Part shown: piece after piece, positions 14,101-26,538 of the stretch
Numbering within the stretch: the first letter of the stretch is position 1
How the letters are laid out: each line of letters opens with the position of its first letter
Assembly: GCA_025786725.1 (NCBI GenBank)
Contig: JAHLTZ010000023.1
Location: 248,001 to 312,000 of the forward strand
Direction: 5' to 3'
Length of the DNA: 64,000 nucleotides
DNA from: Syncephalis fuscata S228
Taxonomy: Eukaryota > Fungi > Zoopagomycota
Made by a program: the position numbers and the translations under genes
The notes under the pieces: generated by a model
The model's database searches: none
The model's input: only the letters and a program-made list of their open reading frames with translations
Told to the model about the DNA's origin: nothing

Positions 14101-15893
14101 CCACAAATAGACCGAGCTGCTAATAACACGCCTACCTTGGAACGTTCGTGAGAAATGGTTGTAATGTTGGAACACTGCGTTGAGTCATTGTCGGCATAGA
14201 GGATAGCGTTTTCGCCTACACTCGGATGTCGTCGTGCCGTAACAGCAAACGTAAATGTAAACGATTGGTCATAAATTAAGGAGCATTGCTTATAGTTTAT
14301 GCACAAAAACAAAGTACATGTTTGCCGCCTCAGTGCACAACCTCATCTAGACAATTCTATGACAGGTGTACTACAATGCGGGCTACACAACACTGAATCG
14401 ATGCTGCTGGGATTTTTTCTTCTGAAGTATCTTGCTTTATCAATACAGCACGCCTCAGTTTGGAAAGAGGTTGGCGCGGTTTTTCAACAATACGCATTTG
14501 GCCTAGACTTTGATGTGTCGCCTATTTCTTGCTCAGATAATCCAAATGTATCCGTAGTTCCCAACATTAAGACCTCCAATCAGAACTATGATTGCTACCG
14601 TGGTTGATAAAGCCATAACTGTATCATATTGCCTTTTACAACAATAATAATAACAAAAATAAAAATAGCAACTTAACTAATTGCCTAATACTGAGTCAGT
14701 GTTGCTGTTAAAGTCGTAGCAGCTATTGTTAACGCGCTACTCGACTTGCCGCCTTACATTATGACGAAATTTTACGCATTGCTTGTTGTGGCAATTGTTT
14801 TTATCAGAGTCTTCAAAGAAAATCTATTTGTAGCCCGTTGCATACCAAATACACACCAATAAACAGTGCTGGATTGACCGTGATGCCAGACTGTGATGCC
14901 AGACTGTGATGCAGCTAGTTGCATGATTAGCCAAAGCTATTCCAACAACGGCTATCATACGCGACACGTGCCGTATACTCTCGTGTTCAAATGCAGGATG
15001 ACTGGCAAGGTCACCTATGCTATACTGGTTTATCTATTCGGAAATAGGTACCGCACCAGTGGTTGCCAGACATTGTGCATATCCACCATCTATTGCCGGT
15101 AAAAATAACAATAACTATATTTAAATACAAGCCATTTTCTTCTAAATAATATTTTATTTACTACAAAACTAAATGATTGGTGAGACAAAAGCCTTGATCG
15201 CTGGCCTAAGGATATACGCTACCACAGGCTGGATAATCTACGCTGTAACATGACTTCTCCTTGGTTATACAATGAGATAGGCGCAAAGTATTAAAAAAAG
15301 TACCTGAACGTTATAGTGGATGCGTGATCCGGTAAAGTACTTGCTTGAATGACTTACACACAAGTCCTGCCTTTAATGATATTAACCAATATGAGTACTT
15401 TTATGACGAATCATGGTCTGCAGCCATACGGGCATGCTAATTATTGGTACCATAGTAAATAAATCCATATTCCAGTGGTAATTAGTATCATAACCCTCAA
15501 ACATTTCGCCAACTCCTTCGAACCTGTTTGCTGCTTTGTTACATGTACTTTTGGTAAAAATAGCACTCATTGTTTCTGGCTCACGTGCCATCATAACAAT
15601 AGGTGACTGTACGGAGATGCTGCACTTTAGTGGTGCTGATAACACTTTATTAAACATCGTATTAGTGATTGGATCGCCTTGTAAAGAGAAAAGGCAACGG
15701 TGGTTACACGTGAGCAATAAGATTATTAACTTTAGATGAATGTTCAAGTTAAAAAATACAAAGTACTGCGCATGGCCAATTTCATTTGCTTTATTGTAGC
15801 GATGGTTTCAAGTTTAACACTACCTATGGTGACAAGATGGCTATTCTGTCTCGGTAACTATAGCCGTCACGGTAACATAATCTCCCTAATCTA

Positions 15894-16921
15894 TTATTGA
15901 TTATTAGGTGCCTTGCCCGACATAGACGGCTGCAATGGAATATTGGGAAGTCGACTGGCGGCGTGTTGGCGTGCAAATTGAATCATTAACGCGCTATTAT
16001 TGTATAATAAATTGCTTATTAGTCCATAGCACATGATACATAAGTTACTTACTCCATAACTGTAAGTGCCGCCATAGCCTCTACAATAGGAACGGCACGC
16101 GGCACTACACACGGATCATGGCGGCCGCGTGTGGTTAATACGCCAGTAACGCCGTCGTAAGTGCACGTATCTTGATTACGCGAAATAGTTGCTGGTGGCT
16201 TGAATGCTACTCGAAAGTATACAGGTTCACCATTACTAATGCCACCTTGGATGCCGCCAGAGTTGTTTGTCGCCGTTCCAATAACATAGTCCTCGCCATG
16301 TTGCGACAGCACTTCTCGTTTTACCCACGCATCGTTGTGTTCGTGTCCACGCATTTCAGTACCACGGAACCCACTGCCAATTTCAAAACCTTTTGTAGCT
16401 GGTATGCTTAACATCGCGTGTGCCAATTTGGCCTCTAGCTTGTCAAAACAAGGCTCTCCTAGACCGGCTGGTAAACCGCGAATAACACAAGTTACTGTAC
16501 CACCGATGGAATCATTCTCGGCCTTAGCGTCCAAGATCTCCTGTAGATTGTTTGTTTTGTTATTATTAGTTGAAACGTAAATTATCTCAAACAATAGAGT
16601 TGTTACTTACTTTGCGCATTTCATCGCAACAGGCGAGATCGGGACATCGTACTACGTCGGCATCCACGTCGGAACGCGAGACTTGTTTCAACATTTGATT
16701 AAATTCATTCATAATCTCATTTGATTTGGGGCCTGTAGCATTTTCGGCATTGATAAAAGGCATGCCCACACGTCCAACGCTGCTAACAAAAGCAACAATT
16801 TCAACACCAAAGACCAATTTTAAATATTTCTCTGCGATACCGGCCGCGGCAACTCGTCCTACAAATAATGATTGAAATAATTAACATTAATAATTAATTA
16901 TATTATTAAATTTATTATTAA

Positions 16922-16958
<37 letters not shown>

Positions 16959-17449
16959 GTTATTGTTATTATTATTTATTAAATATTACTGTTATTATTA
17001 CTTACCAATAGTTTCTCGAGCCGATGCGCGTCCGCCTCCTGAACTCGCTTTAACACCATACTTTTGAATATACGTCCAATCGGCATGGGATGGACGTGGA
17101 TAAAAGTCGGTCTCTGTATAATCGTGCGGTCTATGGTCCTGATTCCGTACTATCATGGCAATAGGCGTGCCAAGTGTGACACCTTGCTCGACGCCAGACT
17201 GAATCTCAACACGATCTTTTTCATCTCTCTAGAGAACGTGATTAGACGGTAAAGTAATGTGTACATCTTGTGACTACATACCGGTGTTGTTAGATCGCTT
17301 TGTCCAGGACGACGACGGCTTAGCTGAGGCTGTAGATCGTCTTCAGTCAGCGCCATACCAGGTGGACAGCCATCAACGATACAGCCTACACTACGGCAAT
17401 GTGATTCGCCGTAGGTTGTTACGCGAAATACTTGGCCATAAGTACTCAT
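15894..17449 (-). CDS. ARO2: Chorismate synthase; exons 17449-17282, 17228-17006, 16858-16611, 16540-16053, 15993-15894
   Basis: [61 protein letters not shown] signatures; canonical GT-AG introns keep frame. Confidence 0.97.
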
Positions 17450-17937
17450 TTTGACTTAGCTTGCAAATAGTAGAAAATAAACAAAAGATAGCAATCGTGA
17501 TGAGCAGTAGCTAGACAAGCAATCAACTAACTAACTACGTAGTTAAGCAAGCGAATAGGCGTGGCAACGTGGAGGAGAAAGTAGCCTATGGCTTCAATGG
17601 TCATAGTAATATCTCTGTGACCGTTTCTTATCTTTTGCTAGATCATCCATCTCCGATCTCTCCTTATTTCTTTCGTTCAGTCTATCTCCTGCATAGCTGG
17701 CAGCCTATTATGGCTCAACTCTAAGCGTATTGTCAATTGGATAAGAATTACGTATAGCTTTATTTGTGAGGATTTCACAAACCAATAGAAATAAACATTG
17801 CTCTAGAATAACACGTCAGCGTTTGCCTTTTCTCTTGAAACTATACCACACGCCATATATATATCCCCTACTTTATTGTATATTGCGTATTTGTTTTTTA
17901 TATAAAGCTATCTGTTTAGTATATTATCACTACTACT

Positions 17938-18310
17938 ATGGCCGACGGCAAAGCTATCGAGCCTAATACTGAAGATGACAGCGCTGGTCTTAGTGAACCA
18001 CTTAATCCCAACCTCTCATCTGCCGACCCTTTATCGGCAGAGGTATTCGATGCTGTCTATTGGCAACAAGAGGGAAAACGACCTTCAGTAGGCCTTGGCT
18101 TATATGTGGAATCTTCCAATAACAACGATAATAGCCAGAACAATAATAGCCAGAACAATAATAGCAATAATAGTATTGACAAAAATGAATTAAATACTAA
18201 TATACCATCACCCCGTTATTTAACATCAGCAGTGATCATGCCGGCACATTTCAATGGCACTCAAAATTATACAAACTATCGTAATAAGCAAAGGAAAAGC
18301 ATTGAGGACA

Positions 18311-18347
<37 letters not shown>

Positions 18348-20447
18348 CAACATTAAACACGCTACGATTGATCCACCAATTAGTCGTTTTGTAAAGATTG
18401 AAGCATTAACATTAAATGCGATACTTGGATTTGGTGCACATTTTTCGTGGCATTTATTAGGCCCACTTAAAGAGCCAATCAAAGAGGTAATACTATATGG
18501 CAATAATGCTATATAGCTATTCAATGACTAGCCATTGATTTATTAATAATAATTAATAGCATCTTGGCATTTCTAATACTGGATTTGGCGCCATGCAGTC
18601 GGCATTATCAATCATGGGAACAGTGATGCCACTTGTAGGTGGATTACTTGTGGATCGGGCCGGCTGTGATATTGCCGCTTTATTGTCGACATCAACTATA
18701 CTACTGGGTCTATCTGTGCTGGTAACAAGTCTGGCCTGGAGTTGGTTCAATGGCTGTCTTATTGGACTAGCCATAATAGGCGTCGGTGGCAATTGGGTAG
18801 GCACGGCACAGGAAGCGGCCGTTGTACGTCTGTATCCTGGGGCTCATGGTGGTCGTAAGAAGCAAGGCGAGGTGGCATTTGTATTTGGCGTATTATTTGC
18901 TATAGGGAAAGTTGTAAGTTTGCTTATCATAAGGCCGTAATTACATTTTAATAATAATTGTTAATAGTTTAGTTTTATCTCAAATGGTATAGCACTGCAT
19001 TTATACGATGATTTGGGCACAGTAGCTCGTGTGTTTTCTGTGGCTATTTTTATTACTATTGGCTCAGTAACTGCATCAGTTTTACAATGGCAACGACGCC
19101 ATCGTTGGGTAAAATCGAGTGCAAAATTGGTTGTAGCTGCTAAAAAGCAACCAGGATGGTCTATAACAAGCACTGTGCATTATATAAAGCATACTTGTTA
19201 CGATGTTGTCTGCGTGTTGTCGCCGCCAGTTGCCGGCTATTTAACACTTGAGTTTCTACTTGGTGGATGCTGGCAACCATTTCTACATTTAGCTAGGTAA
19301 GATATAATATAGTTGTATGGTATTTATTAGTAACAGCTATTTGTAGTAATATGATTAAATTGCTTTATAATCTTGAGGCAAAACATGCCGCATGGTTAGC
19401 ATCTATTACAGTTGCCGTACCCATTGTTATGAATCCAGTTGTGGGCATTCTACTAGATAGAACACAGCAGCGTTGTTGGGCAGGTAAGTTGATTTACTAC
19501 TTTTTGTATATGTTTATGTATTTGACCAATTACTATTTTATTTATACTACCATTAGCTATTGCTGGCTGTTTCTTTTTATTCATGGCATTTATAAGTATG
19601 CTACGACCCACTACAACGACGCTAGCCTCAACACTGCCATCAGTATTCGTATCACTATCTATTGCATTAGTGCCACTTGCTCTAGTGACATCGGTACCTC
19701 GAATTGTTACGTCCAAGCATCTAGGCACTGTATTGGGTCTTCATCGCTGTCTAGAAAATACCGGTGCCGTTTGGATTGGTGCACTGGCCGGTGTATTGCA
19801 AGATGCTGATGAGGGCAGTTATCGCCATGTCGTTATCATGTTTGTTATCATTAGTGGATTGGCCCTGGTATTTAGTTTTGTATTTAGATACTATGCCGGT
19901 GATTCGGTTGATGGTCACGGCAATGATATAATCATTCGTGTCCAGAGGCCGAAATATGCTCCATTAAAGCAACAAGAACACAACACATCCTATCCAGCGG
20001 ATTCTGCCGATTTAATCCATGATAGAACCGATGATGATACCGATGATACGCATAGCGATCATGAGCCAAGCGGTACTAGTGTACCTGATAACGCGGACAC
20101 TGCCATTGTGCTCAGTAGCTCAAGCGGTAATAATATGGCATCTGCTGTTGTATCTTCTCGTATCCGTCCGCTACTGCATCTGCATCTACATCTGCATTAC
20201 CGTATAATGAGAGTGACAATAGCAGTCCTACTTCAAGCAATGATCAATATGGCTCACAAGCAGACATTATACTCGTTAGCCAAGAAAGAAACGCCGTCAA
20301 ACGACGACAACATAGAAAGAAGCACCGTGAAATGAAACAAGTCAAAACGCCAGCATTGCCACGCGGTCATTTGGCATGTGCGTTCATTCTTGTTCTATCC
20401 ATTTTGGTTCATTAGTCGTATTTATTACCGTTACCTTAGCACGCTGA
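17938..20447 (+). CDS. Major facilitator superfamily transporter (MFSD1-like), multi-exon; 3' end uncertain because of apparent frameshifts at ~20167 and ~20403
   Basis: Many TM segments; MFS motif A-like GGLLVDRAG and GILLDRTQQR; LGTVLGLHRCLENTG; introns after 18486, 18913, 19296 and ~19484. Confidence 0.75.
18313..18348 (+). repeat. (GAT)n trinucleotide repeat encoding poly-Asp in the MFS N-terminus
   Basis: gatgatgatgat... seen directly. Confidence 0.85.
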
Positions 20448-20732
20448 CTTTAATGCTTAATGTTTATTTTCATCATATAAATCAATTCTACACTAGTCAT
20501 ACAAAAATGAATCACGTGAATCGGTAGAATTGATTGCCGAATGTGAATACCCAGCATATGGGTCGTAGAGATTCTAATGGCTGACGAGGCCTTACGTACT
20601 TTTCCTGTGGATTGGTAACAATAATAGGCGGTTAATTTATATTTAGTTAACTAATAATAAATTGACTATTTCTCTTTCCACCTATTTAACCTTTTTATTT
20701 TACCTATACTTTTATACGATTAACTATCCAAT

Positions 20733-21482
20733 ATGGTACATAAGGAAGCCAGTATGACGAAACATACCAAGACGACTACAAACAAACAAACGACGTCAAG
20801 TGGTGACAAGAAAATGAATATTCGCGAATTGGAACGTATTCGATTGTCACGACGTCATAACTGGCCATTCTTAGGCTATCCACTCGTGCTATGTCTTGTA
20901 GCCGCTTGGTGGTCGGCCACAACACTTGATGCTAAATTACGTAGTTTTATTAATGCTGCCGCCTTTTCAGTAATTGAATTTACCTTCTACACGCTGACCG
21001 TTGAAATGCCCAACGGCGATATTGTTTTACGGCCATTTGATCCACGATGTCGTAAAGGCCATACCACTGTTCATCAGTTTCTATGCAATATTATATACAC
21101 GCCAATTTTACTTGATTTTTATTATAGTGTCATGCCAAACTGGCCTGCTCGTATTTTACTTTTCCCACTTAACATCTGGTTACTTGAAGTGATACAAGGG
21201 TAGGTATAACGTTGGATTAGATACAACACTGTGGTATAAACCATAATATAATACTGTATTTATATGTTTTAACATAGATATATTCTTATTTATCTACACG
21301 GCTACAACCCGGCGTGGACATATTATGGAAAGGATGCCTATTGTCATGGCAACATTAAACTATCCTACTGGGCATTCTGGATTGCTCTTGGTGGTGCAGT
21401 AGAGTTTGGCTATCCGTTTGAGGTAACAATTACGCAGTGGTTGGCACAGTCAATCATTCAAGTGATAAATTTTATTATTTAA
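20733..21482 (+). CDS. Small integral membrane protein, TMEM229/CmpB-like; intron 21200-21277
   Basis: Spliced C-terminal half IWLLEVIQGYILIYLHGYNPAWTYYGKDAYCHGNIKLSYWAFWIALG resembles the TMEM229 pattern E..G..L......WDY......G.I.L.Y...W (recalled, not searched). Confidence 0.6.
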
Positions 21483-21653
21483 TAATAAAATGAACACTAG
21501 TTAATAAACTAATTAATAGTGTTTATTATCACGTAAAAACCACGTCAATAAATAATTATTAAATTGCTTTTATGTGTGCCTTAAACTCATTATTAGCTTT
21601 GACCCGTTTTCATTTGTCTCTTTTAGTTACAACAAACAATAGCAGCGGTCATT

Positions 21654-23747
21654 ATGGTTGTAGTAGATATTTGGTGTTATGTCCTGGGCAGTGACAAACA
21701 ACGGCAATGCTTTCGTATTCGTGCGCGTCCCACGGATACAATCTACGACTTGAAAAAGCGTATTGCTCGTGAACAGCCCCTAAAAGCGATCAGAGATTCC
21801 TCGCAGATTCAGCTGTATAAGTATGTGTTTTTTGCAAATGCCGAAGTACGAGGACGTGCAAAACAAACCACAAAACCTTTGGACAATTCGACAGCTACCA
21901 CTTCTTCAGCACCGTGTTCTACAAATGATAAAGACGCAAAGAGCAACGGTGGAGCTATTGAGAGTAACAAGAATTCAGCTGGACATGCATTGGATAAGCT
22001 TGAGTATCGTTCTCGTCCACTAGATAACCGACAATTAACATCTGAAGTACTTCCTGAGCTATTTCAAATTGAGTCTATTCGATCACAGCAGAAATGTATT
22101 TCTTTATGTGTAGGCCTGCATGGTAAGAGCATTGGGTTGACTTTAGTAAAATATTAACTAACAAATCATTAATCACATTTTATTTAATACGCTAGACAAA
22201 TGGATACAGCGTAAGTCAACTACTACTTAGCCACCTCCGTCTAATAATGTGATTGAATAGAGGCAACATTTAAATTATACAATAGTAAAGTGGGCATTAT
22301 TGTCGGTATTCAACAAAATAGTATGGATGCATTAAAACAGTATTTACTGTCAGAATTTGTCAAAAATGCATCAGCAACACAAACGTGCCACAATAGTACA
22401 AATGGACTAGCGGATAATTCAAGTCCAGTGTATATTGTTAATCAACAACATGGCCAAGTCATGAGTGTTGACCAGTTACGGGAATCACAAATATACACGG
22501 TCATTATTGGGCAGGATGCGTGGCAGCAATATTCAAGCGATATATCTAGCGAACATGCACGATTAGCACAACTAGATCAACAAATTGCCCGCATGGAGCA
22601 TCTTAATGGAATGGCTGAAAAGCTGCTCAAACAGCTTAACGAGCCTCAAATACAATTAAACAACAGGTGTCATCTTTAAACTCAAGTAACTTTGGCAACA
22701 AAACCAATTCACACACATTAGCGATAGCAGAGGCTGAATCGACCAGCCCCACGTGTACCGCCACTTCACTGCATAGAACTGGTATTTTAGCTGATACACA
22801 TGATCGTTAGTGGTAGGCGTAAATGAGAAACTGGCACAATGGATAAATCAAGATGATAGTTTGGAAGGCGTGATAACACTGCAGCATGAAAAGTTTGAAG
22901 AATTACCAGATAGATTAAAAGAAGAGACCGTACTTGTTCCGGATTCACTACGAGGATCTGAAGTGATTACAGATGAAGAAGAAACAGAGATTAAAGGAAA
23001 TACACATAAACGTTCTATAGTGCAAAGAATATGCTCTACTCCGCCTAAACGTATTCGATCCAATTCTGTAAGTCAGCTTATGGCTAAACAAGCGCTAGAA
23101 GAAGCACGACAAGCAGCAGCAGCAGCAGCAACTATAGCTGTTAATGAACGTTCAAAAAATTCAAGAAAAGCACGGCATACACATTCTGATATAGAATTTG
23201 TACGGCATGAGCCACGCTTAAGACATCGCTACCCACAAGTAGACTTGAATGATGTATTTGGCCACAATGCAGCTAATCAGAAAGCAAATATGGTCAAATC
23301 AAAACCTATAACCTTACATAGACACAGTGACAAATCTTCTATTCAAATAGAAAAAACAGCTCGTGCCAATGGCAAGGTAAATTGAATGTCATTAAGATAT
23401 ATAATAGCTTAGTACTAATACGACCACTTGCAAAGGCTGAAAGTCATAATTACGTTAGCGTGGATAGTACAACAGACGAGGATGACAATATGAGCGACAC
23501 TACAAATATTCCCACACCACCTGGCATGCGTGAGTTTCTAGAACTGCGTGATGCTCGTCTTGAACAAGGCAAGCGTAAAGGCTTGATTATGCTATCAGAT
23601 ATCAAGTTTCCTGTCAATGCGCCAGGCTGCGATGAATCATTACACGATGAACAACATGTGAAAACAAGCAAAGAAGATATACGTAAATACATGAAGGCCA
23701 GTATATCGCCGCAAAAGAGCAAATCAAATAGTAATGCCCATGTATAA
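21654..23747 (+). CDS. Protein with Crinkler (CRN)-like ubiquitin-fold N-terminus and unknown C-terminus; introns 22123-22195, 22211-22260, 23377-23435; apparent frameshifts at ~22659 and ~22807
   Basis: N-terminus VDIWCYVLG..FRIRARPTDTIYDLKKRI...IQLYK; 15-nt microexon 22196-22210 keeps frame; an open frame bridges 22660-22810 if one base is restored at each site. Confidence 0.6.
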
Positions 23748-24812
23748 GCACATGATGCAAACAATTAATGTTATTGTGTAATCAGTCATGATAGAAACAA
23801 ATATAGCTGTATGTAAACTAGCGCTATATTGTATAAACTATACAGCATTATAATCGATAGAATATACTGTTATAGCTATTGGTAGTTTAGTTGATATTTA
23901 AATAAATTTATAGCATCAGTAAAATAGATTTATTTGGTTTATTGTAATTTGACTCCCACATCTGTCCCCAAAGCACAATTCGTTCCAATCAGAATTATGC
24001 CGTTATGATGCACAACATAGTTATATTACTTTCTATTAGAATACTGTTAATAAATTGATTTGAATACATAATGTAACATACTATTTGGTTTTTTTGGAAC
24101 GTTTGAAGTCAATTATTATTGTTGTTGGCCATGTGTAGAAAGATTGATCGAATATTAATAGAAGCCATATGATTGCAATTCCATGTCATTCCTCATTACT
24201 TCTATTGCTTGTCTGTCATACTACACATCAAATTGTTATATGATTTACTTCTTTTCTATTTTGTTTCTGTTTACTTGAACATATTTGCATATTATAATAA
24301 TTATATTATAATCGCAATTATTTTATTTTTACACCTGTAGACCATTTCAACAAAGATGTTTAACAATTCAGTGTAAAAAGCCTTTTATTTTATTAAATGT
24401 TATTTCAACTTTAACTAATACCGTAATGTGCATATTTAGTTACATCATTGTATTGATAATTGCACATGAATTAATTAATGTTGGATGTAATATTATACAT
24501 GTTATAGTAATGGATGCGTGTTTAATTGTATTTAAAAGTGTTGAGAGATGAAATGGATGAATAAAAATGTGGGAGTTAAAGCACAGTAGCTTTGTACTTA
24601 TAATTAAACACAATAGTGCGAGATTGGCCATAAAGAGGCTATGTAGCTAGTTGATACAATAAGCATCAATGGTGTATACATATGACAAATATAGATTGTA
24701 AACACAACAGAGAATTGGAAATGAACAGTACGGATATATATAGTTAGTTAGTTAGTTAGTCTAATGGCAATGTAAACTACAAGCATGGCAGATGAATGTA
24801 GTACAGCCTAAT

Positions 24813-25496
24813 CTACAAACGGCTGCGAAGTATATGAGAGAAACGATCGTTATTGTTGTTTTTGTTAATTGGTATGCCTTTAGTCATGCATGTCCGCATC
24901 TCAGGCGTGAATGGAAGAGCACGATGTAGCACTGGATGGAGCATAACGGAAGTGATTTCAGCGATGGCTAGCGTGTGTCGTTGGACCAATTCATCATTGT
25001 CAGTTCGTGGCCGTTCAACAAAAAGATGCAATGCCAATATACATGATGATTTGGCAACGCTACAAATGGTAATATCAATATAGACTTTTTCAAGACGATA
25101 ACCTTCGCCTAAAAATTGGAAATCACAGTTATTAATACACGATTAATCATTATGGCACTAGTACTACTTACCAACATAACGAAGGCGCTGTTCTAGATTG
25201 GCCATAACTACGTTAGGAATGCCTTGTGCCTCGTATCCGCTAACGTGAGCCACCCATTCCATAATACTTTTCTTATAGCCTAGCGGCAACTCTAGTACAT
25301 CCATCCAAAAGATGGCAGTCGTATCGGCAATATAGCGACAAAGTACGGCCGAATCCAAATGATCGGCAACATTGAGATCGGAGAAATTGATAGTACGCGA
25401 GTATTGGTGTGTATAGGCAGGCAGCGTACGAAGCCGTGGTGGCTCTACAGCAGCAGGCACTGCTCGGTGTTCCATTTCGTTAGTAATGGCGGCCAT
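24813..25496 (-). CDS. Hotdog-fold acyl-CoA thioesterase (4HBT/YbgC-like) with C-terminal PTS1 (SRL); exons 25496-25172 and 25108-24813
   Basis: RTINFSDLNVADHLDSAVLCRYI, VVMANLEQRLRYVGEGYRLEKV, ITICSVAKSSCILALHLF follow the 4HBT secondary-structure pattern; phase-1 GTAAGT..TTTTAG intron. Confidence 0.65.
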
Positions 25497-26538
25497 GTTG
25501 CTAATAATATTTGATGGATAATAGCGGGATTGGGTCTAAATAAAAACATAATATTAGTTTAATTCATTCATTATATCATTATTATTATTATCAAATGTAC
25601 AAAAAAACAATCTGCAAATTAAGGTATAAACAACACTATTTTATCAAAACAAATTTACAAATAGATAATAAATAAAGCATATAAATGAAAATACTTACAG
25701 TAATTGAACAATGTATTTAGTGAAATATGAAATTGTATATGACAGCTGACTATAGTGTAAAGGATTGGCGTTGTTCTCGATAAATATCAAAGGAATGACT
25801 ATAACGTTGCGAATGCTAATATAGCGATCGTTGGCATAAATTGTAAAAAACGAAGATTGGTTGAGTGATTGCTTGCTAACGAGAACAGCTGCTGGTCGGC
25901 GGCTAGTTATATACAATCGTCGACTTGAACCGCTACTATATTCCTGAGAAATTATTGATGGCTGACTATCCGTGCTTGTCATGTTGTACGGCCGCATCCT
26001 TGACTCTGCTGTGATCACATTATCCTTACTAAGCATACTCATAAGCACAGTAGTGATTTGTATACTAGGCCTCACTTGGTCCAACCGCCAGGAGATGTCG
26101 TCGTTCAGGTCCATGTGATTGCTTTGCTCCTTTTCCTCTTTGCAGCGATTATTGCTATGGGAATTGCTGTTATCATTTGATGCTCGGTTATGCTGGATGA
26201 CTGGATGCATGACTATATGGAAGGGTGGCCAGTGAGGTATGAGAGTATTTGTACAAATGGCACCGTAATGCATGCAGCCTTCCCACGCATACACACTATC
26301 GGCGGTAAGAGTTGTCGTTGGTCTAGCTGCTGACCGCGCTTCTGAGGGGTAGGTACTGGTAAAAAACGTGTTTTAGTAATTTAAAAAACACGCAGCTTCA
26401 TTTGGTGTATACACGCGTGCGTGTGTGTGCATCATCCGCATCTGGTCATGACGTCTCGCCTCGTTTCTCTGCTTTCTTGTTCTTTCCTTTCTCACTAGCA
26501 CTTGCTATTGCCGCTGCAGCTGTTATTGTTTTTCCGAA

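Noticed and set aside
16890-17000. (ATT)n-rich array as a possible CRISPR or satellite
   Set aside because: Simple microsatellite inside ARO2 intron 2 with no repeat-spacer structure
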